NCBI GenBank assembly: GCA_030704795.1
Contig: JAUYCZ010000028.1
Span: 19,202 to 83,201, forward strand
From: a bacterium
Lineage (GTDB): Bacteria; Patescibacteriota; Minisyncoccia; Minisyncoccales; GWA2-46-15
Length of the DNA stretch: 64,000 nucleotides
Direction of reading: 5' to 3'
In this document: positions 57,069-64,000 of the stretch, piece by piece
Layout of the letters: every line of letters starts with the position of its first letter
How positions within the stretch are numbered: the first letter of the stretch is position 1
Position numbers and translations under genes: made by a program
The notes under the pieces: model-generated
The model's database searches: none
Seen by the model: only the letters and a program-made list of their open reading frames with translations
What the model was told of the DNA's origin: nothing

Positions 57069-59885
57069 TTATTGTTTAAGAATATCCCCCAGTCGTCTGA
57101 TGGCCTCGCCGTAGGTTGCCCAGTCGCCATCCCTTTGCGCTCGGAGCGCTTCCTCGTACGCCCCCAACGCTCTGCGTCTGCGCTCCTCCATATCCCTCGG
57201 GGCTGAGTCCTCGGGACGAACGCCTTGAGAGGGCTTTACTCCTGCTTCACGGCCAGCCGGCCGAGGCAGGCCAAAGATTTTCGCCAGCCCCTCTTCGAGC
57301 GTCTCTTCCATGGCAATTTTATTTTCATAGGCCACCACCACCCGTTTTAACTCGGGAATTTTTCCGGCTTGGGCCTTGAGATAGAGCGGACGCACATACA
57401 AAAGCGATTCTTCAATCGGAATGACCAAAAGCGGACCTTGGATTACTTGCGACCCGCCTTGGCTCCAGAGCGTAATCTGCTGACTAATCTCGGAGTCCTG
57501 ATTAATCCTACCGATGATTTGTTTGGGTCCGAAGACGAGCTTGTCTTTAGGAAAACGATAGACCGATAACTTGCCGTAATTTTCCCCATCGTTGCGGGCG
57601 ACCATCCAAGCGGATAAGTTGTCTTTTGCCCGGGGAGTAAAGGGCAGCATTAAAATATATTCCTCTTTCTTCTCGCCCGGCAATTTCATAATGATGTGCC
57701 GTGGTTGCATCGGCGGGATGCCGCCCGCGGATGTTCCTGCCTCCGCCTGCCTGCCGGCAGGCAGGGCAAGCGGGCCTTCTCCTTCTGAGGCAATAGTGGG
57801 GATTTCCCACTGGTCCTCTTTGTTGTAAAAAATCTGAGGATCGTCCATATGATAGACAGAATAAACGGCCGTCTGCAGGGTAAAGATATCCTCGGGATAG
57901 CGCAGATGGGGAACCAGGCTCTCGGGCATCTCTGACATCGGCCGGAATGTTCCGGGAAAAATCTTGCCATAAGTTTTGATAATCGGATCCTCTGTATCCG
58001 CCTGATAGAAGACAACGCTGCCGTTATAGGCGTCAACCACCGCTTTGACCGAGTTTCTGATGTAGTTTATATTTCCGCCGTTTAACCGCATCGGCTGCGA
58101 ATAAGGATAACGGTCGCTGGTGGTGTAGGCATCAACAATCCAGTAGACCTTGCCATCAGCGATGACAATATATGGATCTCGGTCAAAGGTTAAAAACGGC
58201 GCGATCTTGGCCACCCTATCGGCAATGGTGCGGTAGTAGAGAATGCGGCTCTCTTGGATTATGTCGTTGGACAAAAGCAGTTTAAGCGACTGGAATTTCA
58301 CCGCGTAAAAAACGCGTCTTAAAAAAGAGCTTATCTCCACCCCGCCCTTACCTTCATATGTCGCATAGACATTTTCTTCGCCCTTGGGGTAGTCAAACTC
58401 GCGGGATTTTGTTTTGGTAATGACATAGTCGTTTGAAAGCTCGCCGAAATAGATTTCCGGGCGCGAAATTTCAAGCTCTTTCACGTCTGATTTGGGCGGC
58501 AAATCTTTAACGAACAAAACCGGCAGTCCTTCCGGGGTAACTTGATTGACCGGTCCGGCGGCCACGCCGTAGCCGTGCGTAAATGTCAGCCGCTCGTTAA
58601 TCCAATTTCTATTCGGCAGGCTGGCCGAAGCGAGCTCCCGGGGGGAAAGCATAATCTGGCGAATTTCTCCGTCGATGATATAACGATCATTATCAACTTC
58701 GGCAAACTCGTAATAGGTTCTGATTTCTTGTATCTGGGAAAAAGTTGATAAAAGGGGTTTTCTGTCCCAAAGCCGTACATTTTTGACCGTGAGATTATTG
58801 TTCGCGATATCAGACACGGTGATCGGTTTATCTCCCGAGATTTCCCGTTCCTCAATTTTATCAAGCGCAAACCCCTGACGGGTAGCGGCGATATTGTGCT
58901 CAATAAACGGCGTTTCTTTTACGAGCTCGTTGGGGGCGACAATCAATTTTTGGACAAGAAACGGAATCATTGCTCCGGCGAACCCAACGACAACAGATAA
59001 AGAAACGGCTCCGATCAGCGGCGCTAACCTTCCTTTCCACGCCCAAAGAGCCGCCGAGACGGCCGCGAGCACGACCGTCGCCATTGAAATCCAAAGCATG
59101 AATATTCTCACGGTTGCGTCCGTATATGTCGCGCCGAAGACTAAACCGCTTTGGCTCGTGAGCAGCGCAAAACGGGAAAGATAGATTTCGGCGGCAATGG
59201 TTGAAAGAAAAATGGCTAGTAAGATGCCAAGATGGATTCTTGCCCCGCGGTCTATTTGTATATCATTAAGTGATCGTGCGTTTGCGATATAAAGCATGCC
59301 TCGCAAAAAATAGATGATCGCGCAACCGGCGAGCGATAAGAGAATGAGGAATTTTATCAACCCCAATCCTATTTGAAAGACCGGGAGAGAGAACAGGTAA
59401 AAACTGATATCCTGGCCAAAGACGGGATCGGCCGCGCCGAAAGCCGTGCTGGAAATGTATTTCAGCATCTCCGGCCAACTGAGAGCGGCCACTAGTCCGA
59501 AAAAAAGCGCGACGATCACGCTCAAGACAACGGCCGATTTTTTAATCAGGCGACCGTCTACCTCCATCGGCCGGTCGGAGGTCCCGAGTATCCCCGAGGG
59601 ACCGATCAACGCCGCCGGTAAAACCGCCGTCCACCCTGAGCTCTTCGAATGGGTTGAACGAAGCGCTAAAAAGAAGTTGGCGAGCAAAAAAACTGCGGCA
59701 AAAATTCCCGCTGACGAAAATAAGGCTATTTTAGCGAGGAGAGATTTAATAAAGATTTGCGTGTGGCCAACCTCGGAAAACCACCACCAATCAGTAACAA
59801 AGTCAACAATGCCTGGAAGAAAAACAGAAACAGCGAAAAACGCGATGATGACGAAAAGCTTTGTTGTTTTAAATCTGTTCATCAT
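57069..59885 (-). CDS. UPF0182 family membrane protein
   Basis: 938 aa. N-terminal TDWWWFSEVGH and several TM segments, then a large soluble region typical of UPF0182 (COG1615). Confidence 0.65.
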   Translation of the reverse strand: MMNRFKTTKLFVIIAFFAVSVFLPGIVDFVTDWWWFSEVGHTQIFIKSLLAKIALFSSAGIFAAVFLLANFFLALRSTHSKSSGWTAVLPAALIGPSGILGTSDRPMEVDGRLIKKSAVVLSVIVALFFGLVAALSWPEMLKYISSTAFGAADPVFGQDISFYLFSLPVFQIGLGLIKFLILLSLAGCAIIYFLRGMLYIANARSLNDIQIDRGARIHLGILLAIFLSTIAAEIYLSRFALLTSQSGLVFGATYTDATVRIFMLWISMATVVLAAVSAALWAWKGRLAPLIGAVSLSVVVGFAGAMIPFLVQKLIVAPNELVKETPFIEHNIAATRQGFALDKIEEREISGDKPITVSDIANNNLTVKNVRLWDRKPLLSTFSQIQEIRTYYEFAEVDNDRYIIDGEIRQIMLSPRELASASLPNRNWINERLTFTHGYGVAAGPVNQVTPEGLPVLFVKDLPPKSDVKELEISRPEIYFGELSNDYVITKTKSREFDYPKGEENVYATYEGKGGVEISSFLRRVFYAVKFQSLKLLLSNDIIQESRILYYRTIADRVAKIAPFLTFDRDPYIVIADGKVYWIVDAYTTSDRYPYSQPMRLNGGNINYIRNSVKAVVDAYNGSVVFYQADTEDPIIKTYGKIFPGTFRPMSEMPESLVPHLRYPEDIFTLQTAVYSVYHMDDPQIFYNKEDQWEIPTIASEGEGPLALPAGRQAEAGTSAGGIPPMQPRHIIMKLPGEKKEEYILMLPFTPRAKDNLSAWMVARNDGENYGKLSVYRFPKDKLVFGPKQIIGRINQDSEISQQITLWSQGGSQVIQGPLLVIPIEESLLYVRPLYLKAQAGKIPELKRVVVAYENKIAMEETLEEGLAKIFGLPRPAGREAGVKPSQGVRPEDSAPRDMEERRRRALGAYEEALRAQRDGDWATYGEAIRRLGDILKQ
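57194..57217. repeat. Family-1 repeat core in the UPF0182 CDS
   Basis: CCCTCGGGGCTGAGTCCTCGGGAC, encoding part of VRPEDSAPRD. Confidence 0.55.
57746..57765. repeat. Family-2 perfect 20-nt palindrome in the UPF0182 CDS
   Basis: CCTGCCTGCCGGCAGGCAGG, within the segment LALPAGRQAEAG. Confidence 0.8.
59581..59600. repeat. Family-1 repeat core in the UPF0182 CDS
   Basis: GTCCCGAGTATCCCCGAGGG matches 45257-45276 at 19 of 20 positions. It encodes GPSGILGT. Confidence 0.8.
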
Positions 59886-59992
59886 AATATCGACCTGATT
59901 ATAGCAAATTTAATATCCCAGCGCCAGCGGCAGAACAAAAAAATCAGGACCAGGATTACGACGATTTTGTCAGGCGTCATGTTCTTTTGACT

Positions 59993-60086
59993 GGTGACTG
60001 TCACCTTTTTTCGCCGAACAAATTTAAGCTCAAATTCCGCATTTGGCGCGATTTTTGCGAATTTTTAATGTTTGAGATTCGATTTT
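59993..60086. repeat. Dispersed intergenic element (family 5), copy B
   Basis: Has the same four blocks as 9487-9565, including GGTGACTGTCACC (59993-60005). Confidence 0.75.
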
Positions 60087-60200
60087 AAATATTTAGAAAA
60101 CAGCCGGCGAAACGTAAGAACGTTTAATTTGCTTCACAAATTATTACGTTCAACGTTCCAGCAACGTTTAAATTTTTCTAAAAGAAAATTTATTACGTTG

Positions 60201-60271
60201 CGGGGGTACTCCGACTCGAACGGAGATCAATGCTTTTGGAGAGCATCATTCTGCCATTGAACTATACCCCC
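60201..60271 (-). tRNA. tRNA-Trp (CCA)
   Basis: Acceptor GGGGGTA/TACCCCC, anticodon loop CTCCAAA, T-arm CTCCGTTCGAGTCGGAG. Confidence 0.85.
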
Positions 60272-60277
60272 GAAGGA

Positions 60278-60442
60278 TTATTTTTTCCCTTCTTTGTGAA
60301 TCGTGTGTTTCCGGCACCACTTGCAGTATTTTTTCAATTCCAACTTCTTCTCCGCCGCTTTCTTGGACTTGTGGGTAAAGTAGTTAATCCTTTTACAAGA
60401 GGAGCACTGCAGTTTGACGTATGGTTGTTTTTTGGTGGCCAT
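60278..60442 (-). CDS. rpmG: 50S ribosomal protein L33 (54 aa), not in the ORF track
   Basis: MATKKQPYVKLQCSSCKRINYFTHKSKKAAEKKLELKKYCKWCRKHTIHKEGKK, with the CxxC...CxxC L33 pattern. Confidence 0.85.
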   Translation of the reverse strand: MATKKQPYVKLQCSSCKRINYFTHKSKKAAEKKLELKKYCKWCRKHTIHKEGKK

Positions 60443-60490
60443 TTTTTAAATACTGATTAATGCTGATTAAACTGATTAATGCGGATACTG

Positions 60491-60563
60491 AGCCGATGGT
60501 CGGAATCGAACCGACGACCTACTCCTTACCATGGAGTCGCTCTGCCGTCTGAGCTACATCGGC
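60491..60563 (-). tRNA. tRNA-Thr (GGU)
   Basis: Acceptor GCCGATG/CATCGGC, anticodon loop ATGGTAA, T-arm GTCGGTTCGATTCCGAC. Confidence 0.85.
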
Positions 60564-60630
60564 GAATTTCTCTGTTATCCTATCAGAAAAACGAAAAAAT
60601 GGCAAAATTCTGCAAGACCAACTCTTTTTC

Positions 60631-60685
60631 TTGACAGGATGTTTTATGCTTGTTAATCTGTTGAAATCAGACTAAATTAGTCTGA
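60631..60685 (+). promoter_or_regulatory. Putative suf promoter and Rrf2 operator
   Basis: TTGACA (60631-36), 17 nt, TAATCT. The perfect inverted repeat TCAGACTAA-A-TTAGTCTGA (60667-60685) ends 12 nt before the ATG. Confidence 0.5.
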
Positions 60686-60696
60686 CTACCTATACT

Positions 60697-61092
60697 ATGA
60701 AGCTGTCAACTAAATCATATTACGGCTTAAGGGGGTTGGCTCATCTGGCAAAAGAGGATGGGCCTTGTTCGGTCAGAAAAATAAGCCGGGAAGAAGGCAT
60801 CCCTCAAAAATATCTGGAAAAAATCCTTCAAGAATTAAAAAAGGCCGGTTTGCTCTATTCCAAAAAAGGCGCTGACGGAGGCTATGGGTTATCCCAAAAA
60901 CCAAAAACAATCAGCGTCGCTAAAGTTGTCAATGTTCTCGAAGGCGGGATCAGCACCGCTCCTTGCCTGGGCAAAAACCGAATTTTTTGTCGCCAAATAA
61001 ATCTTTGCCAAGAAAAAGGTTTCTGGGAAAAACTTGCCAAAAACCTTGATCAAGCTTTAGAAAAAATAACCTTAGACCAACTAACTAGGTAA
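60697..61092 (+). CDS. Rrf2-family transcriptional regulator (IscR/SufR-like)
   Basis: MKLSTKSYYGLRGLAHLA wHTH N-terminus and three Cys residues near the C-terminus. Confidence 0.8.
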   Translation: MKLSTKSYYGLRGLAHLAKEDGPCSVRKISREEGIPQKYLEKILQELKKAGLLYSKKGADGGYGLSQKPKTISVAKVVNVLEGGISTAPCLGKNRIFCRQINLCQEKGFWEKLAKNLDQALEKITLDQLTR

Positions 61093-61094
61093 AA

Positions 61095-61808
61095 ATGCTT
61101 AGCTTAAAAAACCTAACGATTTTCGTGGATAAAAAAAAGATCATTGAAAATCTTGATTTTAATTTTGAACGGGGGAAAATCTACGCCTTAATGGGGCCCA
61201 ATGGTTCAGGCAAATCAACCTTGGCCCTGGCCATCGTTGGCCATCCGGGTTACCGGGTCTCCAGAAATTCTAAAATCATTTTTGAAAAAAAGCCGATCAA
61301 AAACCTGGCTCCGGAAAAAAGAGCCGAACTGGGCCTATTTCTGTCTTTCCAGCACCCGTTTTCTCTTTCCGGAGTCAATATTTTTCAGCTTTTAAGGAAA
61401 GCTCTGGAAGGAAAAATTGATCCCGGCCTTCTCTATCAACAAACCCGGAAACTGGCCAAGCTTTTGAAAATAAAAGAAGAACTGCTTGAGCGGTCTTTAA
61501 ATGAAGGATTTTCCGGCGGCGAGAAAAAGAAAATGGAGGTTTTGCAGGCCAGCTTGCTTAACCCTAAGTTTCTCATTTTTGACGAGATTGATACCGGCGT
61601 TGACGTTGACAGCTTAAGGCTGATGGCCGGCTTTCTAAAAAAGTTCAGAAAGCAGAAAAAAACCATTCTCTTAATTACTCATTATAACCGGATTTTAAAA
61701 TATACTAAGCCCGACAGGGTTTTGGTCATTAAAGACGGCCAGTTAGCTAAGGTCGGAAATTTTAAATTAGCTCAATTAATTGAAAAATATGGCTACCGAA
61801 AAATTTAA
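61095..61808 (+). CDS. sufC: Fe-S cluster assembly ATPase SufC
   Basis: Walker A GPNGSGKST, ABC signature FSGGEKKK and Walker B FDEIDTG. Confidence 0.9.
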   Translation: MLSLKNLTIFVDKKKIIENLDFNFERGKIYALMGPNGSGKSTLALAIVGHPGYRVSRNSKIIFEKKPIKNLAPEKRAELGLFLSFQHPFSLSGVNIFQLLRKALEGKIDPGLLYQQTRKLAKLLKIKEELLERSLNEGFSGGEKKKMEVLQASLLNPKFLIFDEIDTGVDVDSLRLMAGFLKKFRKQKKTILLITHYNRILKYTKPDRVLVIKDGQLAKVGNFKLAQLIEKYGYRKI

Positions 61809-63186
61809 TTTAGAGTATAAATATGGGTTTTCGATGCCCGAAAAATCAATTTTCAAGGCCAAAAAAGGCCTATCCAAAAATGGTGTTTTGGAAATTTCCG
61901 GCCTCAAGGACGAACCCGATTGGATGAGAGATTTTAGGTTAAAAAGCTATAAAACATTTAAGCAAAAAAAGATGCCTCGGTGGGGTGGCGAGTTGTCAAA
62001 AATCAAATTTGAAGAAATTATCTATTTTGCCAGAGCGATTAACAAGCAAGCTCAGTCGTGGGAAGATTTACCCAAAGAAATTAGAGAAACTTATGAGAAA
62101 ATCGGCATTCCCGAGGCGGAAAGGAAAATGCTTTTGGGCGGCGTTTCTTCGCAATACGATTCCGAAGTCGTCTATGAAAGTATTCAGAAAGAATTATCAA
62201 AACAGGGAGTCATCTTTTGCGACACCGACACGGCCGTCAAAAAATATCCGGATATTGCTAGGCAATATTTCGGCACTTTGATCCCGGCCTCAGATAATAA
62301 ATTTGCCGCCCTAAATTCGGCCGTCTGGTCCGGCGGCAGCTTTGTTTACATACCAAAGGGAGTAAAAGTCGCTCTTCCTCTTCAGGCCTATTTTCGCATC
62401 AACGCCAAGAACTTCGGCCAGTTTGAGAGAACCTTAATCATTGCCGAGGAAAATAGCCAGGTACATTACGTTGAAGGCTGTACTGCTCCAATTTACGCTA
62501 GCGACTCTCTGCACGCGGCCGTGGTGGAAATCTTTGTCAAACCGGGTGCCCGAGTTAGATACACCACCATCCAAAACTGGAGTAATAATGTTTATAATCT
62601 GGTGACCAAAAGAGCCAAGGTTGAAGAAAACGGCGTCATGGAATGGATCGACTGCAATTTAGGTAGTCGGCTTACCATGAAATACCCCTCGTGTTATTTA
62701 GTCGGCAAAGGGGCCCGGGGCGAGGTTTTATCAATCGCTTTTGCCGGTAAAGGACAGCACCAGGATGCCGGCGCGAAAATGCTCCATTTTGCCCCGAAAA
62801 CCTCCTCGAGGATTATCTCTAAATCAATTTCTAAGGACGGCGGCCGGACTTCTTACCGGGGCTTGGTTCAGATTTTTCCCGGGGCTAAAGAGGCCTCCAG
62901 TTTTGTTTCTTGCAACGCCCTAATTCTGGACGAGCAATCTCGGTCGGATACTTATCCCGTCATGAGAATCAAAGAAAAAGACGCCTCCTTGGAACACGAA
63001 GCGACGGTTGAAAAGATCGGAGAAGAAAAACTGTTTTACCTGACTTCCCGGGGGATTAAAAAAGAAGACGCCGAAAGCTTATTAGTCAACGGTTTCATTG
63101 AACCGGTCGCCAAAGAAATTCCCCTAGAATACGCGGTTGAATTAAGCCGGTTGATGAATATGGAAATGACCGGAACCGTCGGTTAG
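61789..63186 (+). CDS. sufB: Fe-S cluster assembly protein SufB
   Basis: Typical SufB core (FERTLIIAEENSQVHYVEGCTAP, TTIQNWS). First ATG at 61789. Confidence 0.9.
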   Translation: MATEKFNLEYKYGFSMPEKSIFKAKKGLSKNGVLEISGLKDEPDWMRDFRLKSYKTFKQKKMPRWGGELSKIKFEEIIYFARAINKQAQSWEDLPKEIRETYEKIGIPEAERKMLLGGVSSQYDSEVVYESIQKELSKQGVIFCDTDTAVKKYPDIARQYFGTLIPASDNKFAALNSAVWSGGSFVYIPKGVKVALPLQAYFRINAKNFGQFERTLIIAEENSQVHYVEGCTAPIYASDSLHAAVVEIFVKPGARVRYTTIQNWSNNVYNLVTKRAKVEENGVMEWIDCNLGSRLTMKYPSCYLVGKGARGEVLSIAFAGKGQHQDAGAKMLHFAPKTSSRIISKSISKDGGRTSYRGLVQIFPGAKEASSFVSCNALILDEQSRSDTYPVMRIKEKDASLEHEATVEKIGEEKLFYLTSRGIKKEDAESLLVNGFIEPVAKEIPLEYAVELSRLMNMEMTGTVG

Positions 63187-63190
63187 ATTG

Positions 63191-63796
63191 ATGATTAACT
63201 TTATCGATGTTAAAAAAGACGGAAAAGAGAGTTATCTGGTGGACAAAAAAGGCGTTCACTTGTTTTTTGTTCATAATCTTTCAGCAAAGCTGAAAGTAGA
63301 AATCATCGCCCGGCAAGCAAAGGTTTATATCTTGGGCTTTTTTTGGGGCCGAGGCAAAGATAATTTTAATTTAGAAACCGTCCAGCATCACTTGGCGCCG
63401 GAAACTTTTTCTGACCTTTTGATCAAAGGCGTCTTCTTTGATCAATCCAAATTTCTTTACCGCGGTTTAATAAAAATCGAAAAAAAGGCGCAACTTTCCC
63501 ACGCTTTCCAGAAAAACCAAAATCTGATAATGTCAAAAAATGCTTTTGTCTCCTCCCAGCCGGATTTGGAGATTGAAGCCAATGATGTTTTTTGTACCCA
63601 CGGCTCCACGACCGGCAAGCTGGATAAAGATCAATTATTTTATCTCAAGAGCCGGGGTTTGAGTTCTAAAAATGCCGAGAAACTTTTAATCAGCGGGTTT
63701 TTTGAAGAGATATTTGCTAAGATTAAAGAAGTCGGCTCCGACTCCTTGGCCAGAGACTGCAAAAAAATGTTAAAGTTTTCAACATATGAACCTTAA
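63191..63796 (+). CDS. sufD: SufD-like Fe-S assembly protein (short form)
   Basis: C-terminal SufB/D beta-helix motifs (DLEIEANDVFCTHGSTTGKLD, LFYLKSRGL). Confidence 0.65.
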   Translation: MINFIDVKKDGKESYLVDKKGVHLFFVHNLSAKLKVEIIARQAKVYILGFFWGRGKDNFNLETVQHHLAPETFSDLLIKGVFFDQSKFLYRGLIKIEKKAQLSHAFQKNQNLIMSKNAFVSSQPDLEIEANDVFCTHGSTTGKLDKDQLFYLKSRGLSSKNAEKLLISGFFEEIFAKIKEVGSDSLARDCKKMLKFSTYEP

Positions 63797-64000
63797 GCGC
63801 TATCTAAAAGATTTCCCGCTTTTGGCGAAAGCCAAAACCTTGATCTATCTTGACTCGGCCGCCAGCTCTTTAAAGCCGGCGGTTGTTATTGAAAAAATCA
63901 AAGAATATTACGAGCAATACGGTGTTAATATTTTCCGGGGAATCTACAAAATTTCCGAGAAAGCGACCCAAGAATACGAAAAAACCCGCGAAGCGGTCGC
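63786..64000 (+). CDS. sufS: Cysteine desulfurase SufS-like, N-terminal fragment (runs off window)
   Basis: FPLLAKAKTLIYLDSAASSLKP...YEQYGVNIFRG pattern of class V aminotransferases, following sufD. Confidence 0.75.
   Translation, partial: MNLKRYLKDFPLLAKAKTLIYLDSAASSLKPAVVIEKIKEYYEQYGVNIFRGIYKISEKATQEYEKTREAV

Noticed and set aside
60230-60460. Plus-strand ORF of 76 aa.
   Set aside because: It lies antisense to tRNA-Trp and to a clear L33 (rpmG) reading frame on the minus strand.

Overview
This is a gene-dense 64-kb bacterial window, mostly housekeeping genes. The gene content looks like a reduced Patescibacteria/CPR-type genome, but that is inference from content only.

Recognised genes:
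- Cell wall and division: murC, mraZ-rsmH-ftsL-ftsI, pbpC, mltG.
- Replication and repair: dnaX, dnaB, recR, rmuC, mutM.
- Translation: fmt, efp, obg, cysS, rplU, rplJ-rplL, rpmG, def, and five tRNAs.
- Others: pyrD, pcm, several transporters, a UPF0182 protein, and an Rrf2-sufCBDS operon.
- A 2157-aa alpha-2-macroglobulin lies convergent to pbpC.

Two kinds of structure sit on top of this backbone.

1. Four visibly GC-rich insertions carry orphan genes, most with a near-consensus TTGACA-17-TGnTATAAT promoter, a strong Shine-Dalgarno site and a hairpin terminator.
- 1-2815: PP2C-like fragment, atypical kinase with a double zinc ribbon, and a zinc-ribbon membrane protein.
- 31753-32103, beside tRNA-Glu.
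- 38650-39071, beside tRNA-Val.
- 45205-47455: a mosaic island between pbpC and the macroglobulin gene. It displaced the ancestral 3' end of pbpC, which survives as an orphan remnant.

2. At least five families of short dispersed repeats occur. Several copies lie inside CDSs in frame (murC, pbpC, UPF0182, MsrQ-like), some with flanking target duplications.

I recognised no rRNA, CRISPR array, transposase, integrase or reverse transcriptase. All GC statements come from spot counts of single 60-nt lines, not a full computation. All homology calls come from motifs read by eye.
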